Shown here: piece after piece, positions 19,310-27,274 of the stretch
Position numbering within the stretch: position 1 is the stretch's first letter
Layout: each line of letters starts with the position of its first letter
DNA from: an uncultured Mollicutes bacterium
GTDB lineage: Bacteria > Bacillota_I > Bacilli_A > RFN20 > CAG-826
Assembly (NCBI GenBank): GCA_945936135.1
Contig: CAMESG010000007.1
Span: 14,396 to 78,395, forward strand
DNA length: 64,000 nucleotides
Direction of reading: 5' to 3'
Made by a program: the position numbers and the translations under genes
Notes under the pieces: model-generated
The model's input: only the letters and a program-made list of their open reading frames with translations
What the model was told of the DNA's origin: nothing
Database searches by the model: none

Positions 19310-19333
19310 ACAAGACTTGCTTTGCCGTAAGAA

Positions 19334-19663
19334 TTATAGGTTTCCTTCGACGGAAGAAAGAGGGAGGACGAACATTCCACCGGGGATATCTTCGAAGCGA
19401 TTCGTGAGCTCGCGGATGCGTTCTTTCAAGCCTCCCAACTTATCTTCATCGATGATGATGAAGAGAGTGATGTTCCCTTCGGGCAAGTCATCGACCATCG
19501 AGGAAAGACTGATCGCGGTTCCGTGTCCATGAATATCCGGCAAGACGTGATGCATTCCGACGGTGTTCATGACCGTGCCGTTGTAGCCGTCTTTGGAAAG
19601 AGAACGAAGCAAATGGGCGGCTTTGGGGTTGTTGTCTAGGATACAGAAGAGAAGTTGTTTCAT
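19334..19663 (-). CDS. darA: PII-like cyclic-di-AMP receptor protein (DarA/YaaQ/PstA-like, DUF970)
   Basis: It is 109 aa, the same length as B. subtilis DarA. The N-terminus (MKQLLFCILDNN...LL..L...G) and the C-terminal GGMFVLPL resemble YaaQ as I recall it. No search was run. Confidence 0.55.
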   Translation of the reverse strand: MKQLLFCILDNNPKAAHLLRSLSKDGYNGTVMNTVGMHHVLPDIHGHGTAISLSSMVDDLPEGNITLFIIIDEDKLGGLKERIRELTNRFEDIPGGMFVLPLSSVEGNL

Positions 19664-19734
19664 AGTGCTTTTCTATTCTACTAGGGACGAAGAGAAATCC
19701 TCAATTGTTTTATAGGATCAATGTACGGTTTTTC

Positions 19735-19762
19735 TTGAACTGGAATGTGGTTTGGCTATAAT
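19735..19762 (+). promoter_or_regulatory. Promoter of tRNA-Ala (TTGAAC-16-TATAAT)
   Basis: TTGAAC at 19735-19740 and TATAAT at 19757-19762, 11 nt before the tRNA 5' end. Confidence 0.65.
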
Positions 19763-19773
19763 AACCAAGCCGT

Positions 19774-19849
19774 GGGGCATTAGCTCAGCTGGGAGAGCGC
19801 GTCCTTCGCAAGGACGAGGTCGGCGGTTCGATCCCGCTATGCTCCACCA
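19774..19849 (+). tRNA. tRNA-Ala (anticodon CGC), CCA encoded
   Basis: GGGGCATTAGCTCAGCTGGGAGAGCGCGTCCTTCGCAAGGACGAGGTCGGCGGTTCGATCCCGCTATGCTCCACCA carries the G3:U70 identity pair. The anticodon loop is TTCGCAA. Confidence 0.92.
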
Positions 19850-19863
19850 ACGGAAACTTGAAT

Positions 19864-19899
19864 GCACGGTCCGAAAAGGCCGTGCTTTTCTTCTTTTTT
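19864..19899 (+). terminator. Rho-independent terminator after tRNA-Ala
   Basis: GCACGGTC-cgaaaa-GGCCGTGC stem followed by TTTTCTTCTTTTTT. Confidence 0.75.
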
Positions 19900-19946
19900 C
19901 GCGTGCTATTCTTCCTTTATCTTATAATGAAAATAGAGGATAAACG

Positions 19947-21092
19947 ATGAACATCAACGGCTATATTCGACGATACGGGAAGCAGACCTTTGAAGAATTG
20001 CCCTTCAACGAAGTCGATGCTTTGATTTTCTCCGAACTCTCCTACATCAACTTCCACTTGGTCTCTCCGACGACAGATAACCCAGGCCTTCCTCCTGTGG
20101 CTTTGAAAGATATTAATATTGGAGATCCTTTCGCCTTTTACCGCGGTTCGGTGGACGCTGTCTTCAACATCAATATGGTTCTCTTAATGCGGCGTTCCAA
20201 ACGCTTCCGTGATTGCAAAGTAGGGCTTTGTTTGAACGTTTTCAGCAAAGAGAACATCAACCAGTTCTTTGCGATGACCATCTTTCTTCCTAACGGGGCT
20301 GCGTTTGTTGCCTTCCGCGGGACCGATACCTCAATGCTTGGTTGGCAAGAAGACTTCATTCTGTCGTTCCAAGAAAAGATTCTCGCTCAACAGCAAGCGG
20401 TTGCCTACCTCGCCTTCGTTCAAGAATACCTTCCCGAACGTTTCTACGTTGGCGGCCATAGCAAAGGCGGGAACCTTGCGATGTATTCCGCGTTGAATTC
20501 GGAAGAATCTCTGCAAAAGAGGATGATTCGCGTTTATTCTTTTGATGGTCCTGGGTTTCGCAAGAAGGGAACGGAATACTCTTGCTATCCAAGGATGCAT
20601 CCGAAACTTGCGAAATACATTACGAAGAACGACATCATTGGCATGATGTTCAATGTACTGCCCGAAACAAAGATCGTAGATTCAACGGGCTTGCTTTTTG
20701 GCGGCCACGACCCCTTCTATTGGCAAGTAAGAAAAGACATGCCGGCATTTGTTGCTGCGGATGGTAGAAGCGAATCGAGCAAAACGAACGTCAAGGTGAT
20801 GGCGGACTGGCTCGCAACCATGAGCGATGACGATAAAAAGCTCCTTTGGAAATTCCTATTTCAGGTATTCTCACGTCGTAACAACGTCTATGAACTCACG
20901 ATGTTTGGCTTGATGGACGTGATTTTCTCCCCGACCGTGCTTCGTCAATACACCCCCGAAGAACAGGAAAAGATCAAAGGGATGATTACAAGGCTTCGCG
21001 ATTTCTATTTTTCGGAAACCAGCAAGCGCAGAAAGAAAAATCGCGAGATCAAAAAGATCATGGACGAACAAGAAGATAGGATGGATCAATAA
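19947..21092 (+). CDS. Mbeg1-like / DUF2974 alpha/beta-hydrolase-fold protein (lipase class 3-like)
   Basis: A GGHSKGGNLA nucleophile-elbow motif preceded by AFRGTD, as in DUF2974 proteins (from memory). An AGAGGA SD is present. Confidence 0.6.
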   Translation: MNINGYIRRYGKQTFEELPFNEVDALIFSELSYINFHLVSPTTDNPGLPPVALKDINIGDPFAFYRGSVDAVFNINMVLLMRRSKRFRDCKVGLCLNVFSKENINQFFAMTIFLPNGAAFVAFRGTDTSMLGWQEDFILSFQEKILAQQQAVAYLAFVQEYLPERFYVGGHSKGGNLAMYSALNSEESLQKRMIRVYSFDGPGFRKKGTEYSCYPRMHPKLAKYITKNDIIGMMFNVLPETKIVDSTGLLFGGHDPFYWQVRKDMPAFVAADGRSESSKTNVKVMADWLATMSDDDKKLLWKFLFQVFSRRNNVYELTMFGLMDVIFSPTVLRQYTPEEQEKIKGMITRLRDFYFSETSKRRKKNREIKKIMDEQEDRMDQ

Positions 21093-21532
21093 GTGCCTGA
21101 AGATCCGATGCCTCCAGAACGGGTGCCATCCGTTTTGTCTTCATCGGTCGTAAGATAATTCAAAAAGATGCCTTGCGCGATGCGTTCGCCTTTTTGGATG
21201 TGGGCAAGGCTTTGGCCGTGGTTATGAATGGCGACAAGGATTTCGCCATCATTTGATTCGTTGCCAAAATAATCCGCGTCGATGATGCCGATCCCATTCG
21301 CGAGGCTTAAATGCCTCTTAATCCCCAAAGAACTACGGATCGTGACGATCAATACCTCGTTAGAATTCATCTTAGCTTTTAAACCAGTAGGAAAAATCTT
21401 GGTTTCTCCGGGAGCGATATCTCCTTCGGTCAACGAGCGGAGATCGTACCCCGCGGAAGAAGCGCTTGCCCTTGTTGGTAAACGAACAGAATTAGGATCG
21501 TACCCTTTAACGACTTCGAAATAACGACTCAT
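21086..21532 (-). CDS. dut: dUTP diphosphatase (trimeric dUTPase)
   Basis: SAGYDLRS, RSSLG, GIIDADY and a C-terminal GGIGSSG motif. Confidence 0.9.
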   Translation of the reverse strand: MSRYFEVVKGYDPNSVRLPTRASASSAGYDLRSLTEGDIAPGETKIFPTGLKAKMNSNEVLIVTIRSSLGIKRHLSLANGIGIIDADYFGNESNDGEILVAIHNHGQSLAHIQKGERIAQGIFLNYLTTDEDKTDGTRSGGIGSSGTY

Positions 21533-21618
21533 GGGGTTATTTTACAATGTATTAATGAACTCGCGCGCGAAGTTTTTGCGCGGTGTGCTAAAATGCGTCC
21601 CATAAGGTCGGAAAAACA

Positions 21619-22776
21619 ATGGAAGAACAAAAGAAAACCATCCCCGAGGTCATGCTAACCGGGGATCGCCCCACGGGCAGGTTGCACATCGGGCATTACG
21701 TTGGATCCCTTCGAGAACGTGTCGCCCTCCAAAATCAGGGAGGGTTCGATGAACTCTATATCATGATCGCGGATACTCAGGCGTTGACCGATAACGCAGG
21801 CAACATCCAAAAGGTGCGCGACAACGTCATCGAAGTCGCCTTGGATTATCTTTCTTGTGGCATCGATCCGAATAAAGTCACGATTTTCTTGCAGTCCCGC
21901 GTGCCGGAACTTTTTGAGTTCACCTGTTATTTCATGGACCTTGTCACCTATGCGCGCTTGATTCGCAATCCCACGGTCAAAAGCGAGCTTGGGATGCGCG
22001 CCTTTGGGGATTCGATCCCCACGGGTTTCCTCACCTATCCGATCTCTCAAGCCGCGGACATCCTTGCTTTTGGAACAACGATTGTTCCCGCGGGCGAAGA
22101 TCAGATGCCAATGGTAGAGCAAGCCCAAGAAATCGCCCATAAGTTCAATTCGACCTATAAGGAAGTCTTCGTCGAACCGAAGATCATGCTTCCGAAGAAT
22201 GAGTCCTGCCGTCGCCTTCCTGGAACCGATGGCAAGGCAAAAATGAGCAAATCGTTGGGGAATTGCATTTATCTTTCCGATGATGCGAAGACCGTCGACA
22301 AGAAAGTTATGTCGATGTTCACCGATCCGACGCACCTCCGCCCCGAAGACCCTGGTCACACCGAAGGGAACCCTGTGTTTCAATATTTGGAAGCCTTCGC
22401 GACTCCCGAGCACTTCAAAACCTACGATACGGGCTTTGCCTCCCTTGAAGAAATGGAAGAGAAGTATCGTCAAGGCGGTTTGGGGGATGTCGCCGTCAAG
22501 CGTTTCCTCTCCTTTGTCTTGAATGACGTGCTGGATCCAATCCGTAAAAAACGTCATGAACTCGAAAAGGATTTGCCCGCGGTTTACGCGATCCTTGAAG
22601 AAGGATCAAAGAAAGCCGAGGCCAAGGCAAGATCCTTCGCGCTGCGCGCTCGCCGGGCAATGGGCATCGATTACTTCGAAAATACGAAATTCATCGAGAA
22701 ACAACAAAAGGCCTATAAACGCGCCCATGAACAGGCGGAAGCCTACGAAGCGTATCTCGCAAAACAAAAACATTGA
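21619..22776 (+). CDS. trpS: Tryptophan--tRNA ligase with a ~50-aa charged C-terminal tail
   Basis: Class I HIGH-like RLHIGHYVG and KMSKS motifs, GEDQ, and overall TrpRS layout. An extended -10 TGCTAAAAT lies at 21586-21594. Confidence 0.85.
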   Translation: MEEQKKTIPEVMLTGDRPTGRLHIGHYVGSLRERVALQNQGGFDELYIMIADTQALTDNAGNIQKVRDNVIEVALDYLSCGIDPNKVTIFLQSRVPELFEFTCYFMDLVTYARLIRNPTVKSELGMRAFGDSIPTGFLTYPISQAADILAFGTTIVPAGEDQMPMVEQAQEIAHKFNSTYKEVFVEPKIMLPKNESCRRLPGTDGKAKMSKSLGNCIYLSDDAKTVDKKVMSMFTDPTHLRPEDPGHTEGNPVFQYLEAFATPEHFKTYDTGFASLEEMEEKYRQGGLGDVAVKRFLSFVLNDVLDPIRKKRHELEKDLPAVYAILEEGSKKAEAKARSFALRARRAMGIDYFENTKFIEKQQKAYKRAHEQAEAYEAYLAKQKH

Positions 22777-22814
22777 ACTCTCGCCCCTAGTTAACGCTAG
22801 AGGCATCTCTATTC

Positions 22815-23102
22815 TTGGTGTATGCTTTTCCTATGGAAAAAGAGAAAGCCCTTCACTTTTGGACGGTCTACGTTGATACGTCCAAGCGCCTTGCCTGGGT
22901 TGGCTTTGGATTAAGCAGCGCTTGTGCTTTGATCTTTTTTGTGTTGATGAGACAAGGGCTTTTGCCTGATGTCTACCCAATCGTCACCATTTTATCGGCC
23001 TCCCTGGCGGTCTTCTTTTTGCTTGCTGGGTTATTGGGCCTTTATGGAAAACATCGTCTTAAGGTTTTGAACCGAGAAAAAAATGAAACGGAATCGCGTT
23101 AG
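22815..23102 (+). CDS. Small two-TM membrane protein, unknown function (start uncertain: GTG 22815 or ATG 22833)
   Basis: Two hydrophobic helices. Its end overlaps the next gene by 20 nt. No family was recognised. Confidence 0.35.
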   Translation: MVYAFPMEKEKALHFWTVYVDTSKRLAWVGFGLSSACALIFFVLMRQGLLPDVYPIVTILSASLAVFFLLAGLLGLYGKHRLKVLNREKNETESR

Positions 23103-24015
23103 CTATCTTTGCTATTTCTTATCGAACGTTCCAAAGGTTTTGGGCTATAAGCTTTTTCGTATCTTGCCGATTCGGAAGAAGTTCCGTGGGCTTCCTTTGT
23201 CGTTAGAAACAACGGACCAAACCTTGGAAAGCGCCCTTTTATCTAATAAGCCTTTTGCGGCGATTCGCTTCGGCGCGACCGAGCTTTCCGCGCTAAACAA
23301 TCACGAGAAGATCGAACTCGGCTTCAAGAAAACGTACAAGGATCTCGTTCGTTCCTCGATGAAACAGAACGCCGGTTATTTCCCGACGGATGACGTGGCG
23401 TTAAAGCGTTATGGGGATGAACTTCTTTCTTTATTGAAAGAGACGGATTATCTTGGCGTCTCTGGCGTCCATATGGAGAACTATTTCGCGAGATTCTATT
23501 GCCCAAAGGCAAAGTATGTTCTGTACGAAGGAATGGAACCCCTTCATGGTTGTTGGAGGTTTGCCCTTGAAGGGAAAAAAGTTCTTGTGATCTCGGCCTT
23601 CCCGAACGAGATTGAAGAGCAATACAGGCAAAAAGAAAAGCTCTTCCCTAGAGAAGAAGCATTGCCTTCGTTCACCTTGTTGACCCTTCAAGCCCCGATT
23701 AGCTTCGCGGATGCGAAGATCGAAGAACCGACCTTCTTCGACGCTTTAGAAAAACTAGAAAAAGAGATGGACGCTTTAGATTATGATATCCTTCTTGTAG
23801 GCGCAGGAGCCTATGGTTCGTTCTTGGTTTTGCACGCGAAAGCCAAGGGGAAGCAAGCCATTCAAACCGGAGGAGCAACCCCAACCCTATTCGGCGTGCT
23901 TGGAAAACGTTGGGAACATCGGGATCATGTGGCAAAATATGTAAATGAATTCTGGATTCGTCCTTCAAAGAAGCCAGATGGATATCAAAACGTAGAACAA
24001 GGGTGTTATTGGTAA
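23083..24015 (+). CDS. Putative GT-D-fold (DUF1792-like) glycosyltransferase
   Basis: The layout recalls DUF1792: AAIRFGATELSAL (versus RFGDGE), GKKVLVISAF, and DILLVGAGAYGSFLVLHAKAKGKQAIQTGG (versus LLxLGPTAKVLAYxLxxxGxQxLDIGH). It sits in a glycan locus. The call rests on memory-based similarity only. Confidence 0.4.
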   Translation: MKRNRVSYLCYFLSNVPKVLGYKLFRILPIRKKFRGLPLSLETTDQTLESALLSNKPFAAIRFGATELSALNNHEKIELGFKKTYKDLVRSSMKQNAGYFPTDDVALKRYGDELLSLLKETDYLGVSGVHMENYFARFYCPKAKYVLYEGMEPLHGCWRFALEGKKVLVISAFPNEIEEQYRQKEKLFPREEALPSFTLLTLQAPISFADAKIEEPTFFDALEKLEKEMDALDYDILLVGAGAYGSFLVLHAKAKGKQAIQTGGATPTLFGVLGKRWEHRDHVAKYVNEFWIRPSKKPDGYQNVEQGCYW

Positions 24016-25448
24016 TGGAAGAAGAAACGAAGACATCGAAGCAGAACAATGAACGCTTCCTGAAACGATACGACACGGTCTTTTCCTTCTTGGGGTTAGA
24101 ACTCGTCGCGTTGTTATTTTTCGGTTTTGGCGGCGCAACCGGGACGATGATTCTCAAGGTCTTGGGCGCCCTGCTTGCCTTCTTGGCCTTTCCCTTCGCG
24201 GAGAATGCGATGGGAAAAGAGAAACTTAAGAAATCATTGATTACGTTGATTCCTTTGCTTGTTTTCTTCTTGCTGCTAGGGCTCTCGGGATTCTGGATGG
24301 CTTATTATCAAGATTCCATTGGCTATGGGATCCTCTCGGGTGTTTTGCAGTTTCTCGGTTTGATCGCCTTGATGGCCTTAGGCTTCTGCTTAAAATGCAT
24401 TCCTTCGTTGAAAAAGGAAACCGTCGTCTTTGCCTTGCTTTGCGGTTTGGCTGTCTATGTCCTGCTCACGGGCCTTTATTCCCTTGCCCGTTATGGCGGA
24501 TTCTATGCGGCGATCTATAAGGGGCAATATTATTATTTCGATGGCGTTATTTTTCCGATCGATAAAGAGACCAAAGCCTTGGTAGGTTTCCAATTTTTGG
24601 AAGCAAGCCTCTCCTATGGGAAGGTAGCGGCCTTCTTGCTTGCTTCTTCTGGCGCGGGCCTCTTTTTCAAGGGGAAGACGAAGAAAGATTGGAAGTTCTA
24701 CCTCGTTTTTATCGGTCTTCCTCTTATCGGCCTCTTGGATTTGATCCTTGTTCCGCATACTCGTGCTTTGCTCATCCTTGCGGTGATTTATCTTTTTGCG
24801 GGAATTGCTTCATTGCTCTATCGAAAGCTGCAGAAGAATAAGAAAGCTGCGCAAATCGTCACCAGAGTTGCTTATTTTGGCTTGATTGCTGTTGCGGCGA
24901 TTGGTGTCGGGATTCTTTTCATCGATGCTATGACGGGCGTTATTTCCAACGCGAACATTCCCTACATTTCCTCGAATTTGAGAGCGGACAAAGCCTTCTT
25001 TGGTTCGATTCGAAAGATCATCCAAGCTGTGATTTATGGTTCTAGCGCGAACGCGGAACTTGGACGTTTCAACCTTTCTTCCTTCCTCTTTGGCGTTTCC
25101 TCTTTGCAGTCGGTTGGTTTCTCAAAAACATTTGAATTCAACCTTCTTTACATGAATGGGGTTCCGATGTTCTTGCTGATGCTTTTCCTGCTCTTCATGG
25201 CGATCCGCGGGCTTCGTTCCTACCTTGTCGAAGACGGCATCGACGCGATGAAGGGCATGATGGTCATGATCCTTCTTGGCGCCTTCCTCTATTACAGCTG
25301 CTTCTCGGATCTTTTCCCCTTCGTTCATGAGCTTCGCTTTGTTCCCGTTTTGCAGACGAGCATTCCTTTGGCCTTGGCCTTTGTTTTTGGCTATACCTTT
25401 GATCCTGCTCATTATTCCTTGAAGAAAGGAGTTGCCCATGAAGAATAA
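24003..25448 (+). CDS. Polytopic membrane protein, Wzy / O-antigen-ligase-like candidate
   Basis: 481 aa with about 10-12 predicted TM helices, located in the glycan locus beside the flippase and GTs. No catalytic motif was verified. Confidence 0.4.
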   Translation: MLLVMEEETKTSKQNNERFLKRYDTVFSFLGLELVALLFFGFGGATGTMILKVLGALLAFLAFPFAENAMGKEKLKKSLITLIPLLVFFLLLGLSGFWMAYYQDSIGYGILSGVLQFLGLIALMALGFCLKCIPSLKKETVVFALLCGLAVYVLLTGLYSLARYGGFYAAIYKGQYYYFDGVIFPIDKETKALVGFQFLEASLSYGKVAAFLLASSGAGLFFKGKTKKDWKFYLVFIGLPLIGLLDLILVPHTRALLILAVIYLFAGIASLLYRKLQKNKKAAQIVTRVAYFGLIAVAAIGVGILFIDAMTGVISNANIPYISSNLRADKAFFGSIRKIIQAVIYGSSANAELGRFNLSSFLFGVSSLQSVGFSKTFEFNLLYMNGVPMFLLMLFLLFMAIRGLRSYLVEDGIDAMKGMMVMILLGAFLYYSCFSDLFPFVHELRFVPVLQTSIPLALAFVFGYTFDPAHYSLKKGVAHEE

Positions 25449-26376
25449 AAAGAAAATCCTCCTTCTTGCCTCGGTCGCTCTTTTGGGCTCGTGCGCGGAT
25501 ACGAACGAGCTTTACGATGGCGACGCTTTCGCAGGTCGCGACTTTGTCCAAAACCGATATTCTGTTTGGGCGGATGGTTTAGAAGTGCCTTCTACCAAAA
25601 CGACCATTCGACACGGCGAGCATGGCTATTGGAATGGCTCCGGAAAATTTGATTCCCCGAGCGATTGCTTTGGTCTAAGCGAAGCCAAGAAGTGGCACCC
25701 AGATTATTTCAAGGATGGCGAAAACGACCTAACATGGACCAAAACAGGCGATAGCAGCATGGGCCAAGACATCGTTGGTGGCTTCATCAATGAATGGAGC
25801 GATAACTCTTCCTTGGTTGGAACCGTCTATGGCCAAACCAAGAAACTTGCCAATTACCATCCTGGCTTCCGTAAAGGTTATTTATCGAAACTTTATAACG
25901 GCCAGGTGAAGTGCAATGGCTGGAGCAATTACGCCTTGGTGATCTTGGATGAATCGGGTTATGGAACCCGCTTCCCCGCGGAACTTCAAAAGGGTTCTTA
26001 CTTTGGTTTTATCGCGCGTGGCGCGAGCGACGTCGGCGCAGGACGCATCATTTCTTACGATGTGAACGTCACCTTCTATAAGTACGCGACGAATGGTGTC
26101 GATCTCCAAGGCAAGTCCTTCCTTTTGGAAGATGTGAAACTCCAGGCGAACCTGTCCGCGGAATACACGTCTTTCGTTGGCTTCTCTTTTGAGGACGTCA
26201 ATTACGATCCGACCGGGATGGTCGCGATGTCGATGACGTATGAACTAAAAAATGATCCGGCATTGGAAAGCCTTCAAGCAGGCGAAACCCTTTCGGGGAA
26301 CTTTGAAGACGAAGCCACGTATCATACGGGCCTAGCCTTAACGGAAGTCTTGCTTCCGGATTCTACTTGGAATTAA
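25438..26376 (+). CDS. Lipoprotein of unknown function
   Basis: MKNKKKILLLASVALLGS|C signal peptide with a lipobox. An AAGGAG lies 8 nt before ATG 25438. Its start overlaps the end of the Wzy-like gene. Confidence 0.6.
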   Translation: MKNKKKILLLASVALLGSCADTNELYDGDAFAGRDFVQNRYSVWADGLEVPSTKTTIRHGEHGYWNGSGKFDSPSDCFGLSEAKKWHPDYFKDGENDLTWTKTGDSSMGQDIVGGFINEWSDNSSLVGTVYGQTKKLANYHPGFRKGYLSKLYNGQVKCNGWSNYALVILDESGYGTRFPAELQKGSYFGFIARGASDVGAGRIISYDVNVTFYKYATNGVDLQGKSFLLEDVKLQANLSAEYTSFVGFSFEDVNYDPTGMVAMSMTYELKNDPALESLQAGETLSGNFEDEATYHTGLALTEVLLPDSTWN

Positions 26377-27274
26377 GTTTGGGGATTTGAAGCCACTCCC
26401 CCATGACAAAATCGGTGGCGTCATCGTCGAGGATTAACGTTCCCTTCGCGGGCGTGAAAGTCATCTCACTGAAATAGATTTTTCTGTTGATCGAATAAAG
26501 GTCGACGCGGACAAAGGGAAAAGGGGAAGCAAGCGTCTCCGCCATTTTGATCATCTCATCAAAGTTCTCGGGACGCTTCGGGCAGACATCTGCCTTCTTC
26601 CAACCATTGAATTGGCTGCCGTCAAAAGGCGTCCAATCCGTATAGAGTTGGGTATAGCGGATGTCGGTTCCTCGTCCCGTCACCACGTAGAGACAGCGGG
26701 CCTTCCCGTTAAAGACGTGGATTTTGTATTCGACGGGCGCATGGCCATTTTCTTCAAGGAATTGTTCAACGATGATTTGCGGTTTAATGGGCGAATAATG
26801 CGGTTCGCACGTCTTTTTGCCATAATCCGTTTTCAACCATTTCTTGAACCTTTTGCGCGTCTTTTCAACGTCAATCTTCGATTTGTCAAAGACGATTTCG
26901 TTGAATCCACTCGCATGGGAACACTTCATCGCATATTGATTGGGAAGGGCGGGAAAGGGGATTTCATCAACGCTGTCATAGACCCCATAGATGGGGATCA
27001 AAGTATTTTCATAACCTTTGTCTTTGACGTAATCCCTGACCCCAACGCGACCAGCGCATTGGGAGACCAAAGGATTCTTCGGGTAGACGAAAAGGCGAAG
27101 GTATTGGAGTTTCTCAGTGTAACGTTTTGGGTGCTTCAAATTGCAAGGGTGATGCGTGATGTATCGATATTGGAGTTTGACGTAAAGAGGCTTGCTTAAG
27201 ACTTTGACGACATCGCGAAAAGGAACCGCAAGAGCGCGCTTAAACTTATTTTCCTTAAGGTTTGGATTGCTCAT
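26363..27274 (-). CDS. TupA-like ATP-grasp protein (teichuronopeptide-type)
   Basis: Matches the remembered ATPgrasp_TupA pattern: YVKDKGYENTLIPIYGVYDSVDEIPFPALPNQYAMKCSHASGFNEIV.DKSKIDVEKTRKRFKKWLKTDYG, and KIHVFNGKARCLYV. Confidence 0.65.
   Translation of the reverse strand: MSNPNLKENKFKRALAVPFRDVVKVLSKPLYVKLQYRYITHHPCNLKHPKRYTEKLQYLRLFVYPKNPLVSQCAGRVGVRDYVKDKGYENTLIPIYGVYDSVDEIPFPALPNQYAMKCSHASGFNEIVFDKSKIDVEKTRKRFKKWLKTDYGKKTCEPHYSPIKPQIIVEQFLEENGHAPVEYKIHVFNGKARCLYVVTGRGTDIRYTQLYTDWTPFDGSQFNGWKKADVCPKRPENFDEMIKMAETLASPFPFVRVDLYSINRKIYFSEMTFTPAKGTLILDDDATDFVMGEWLQIPKLNSK

Noticed and set aside
19131-19532. A 133-aa plus-strand ORF, and the 63-aa ORF at 19752-19943.
   Set aside because: They read through tRNA genes (Arg and Pro on the opposite strand, Ala on the same strand), so they are artefacts.
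21533-21618. I looked for T-box leaders upstream of trpS (21533-21618) and asnS (39718-39846).
   Set aside because: The intergenic regions are only 86 and 129 nt. They lack a specifier-loop/T-box (AGGGUGGNACCGCG-like) sequence and a terminator/antiterminator pair, so they are too short for a T-box.
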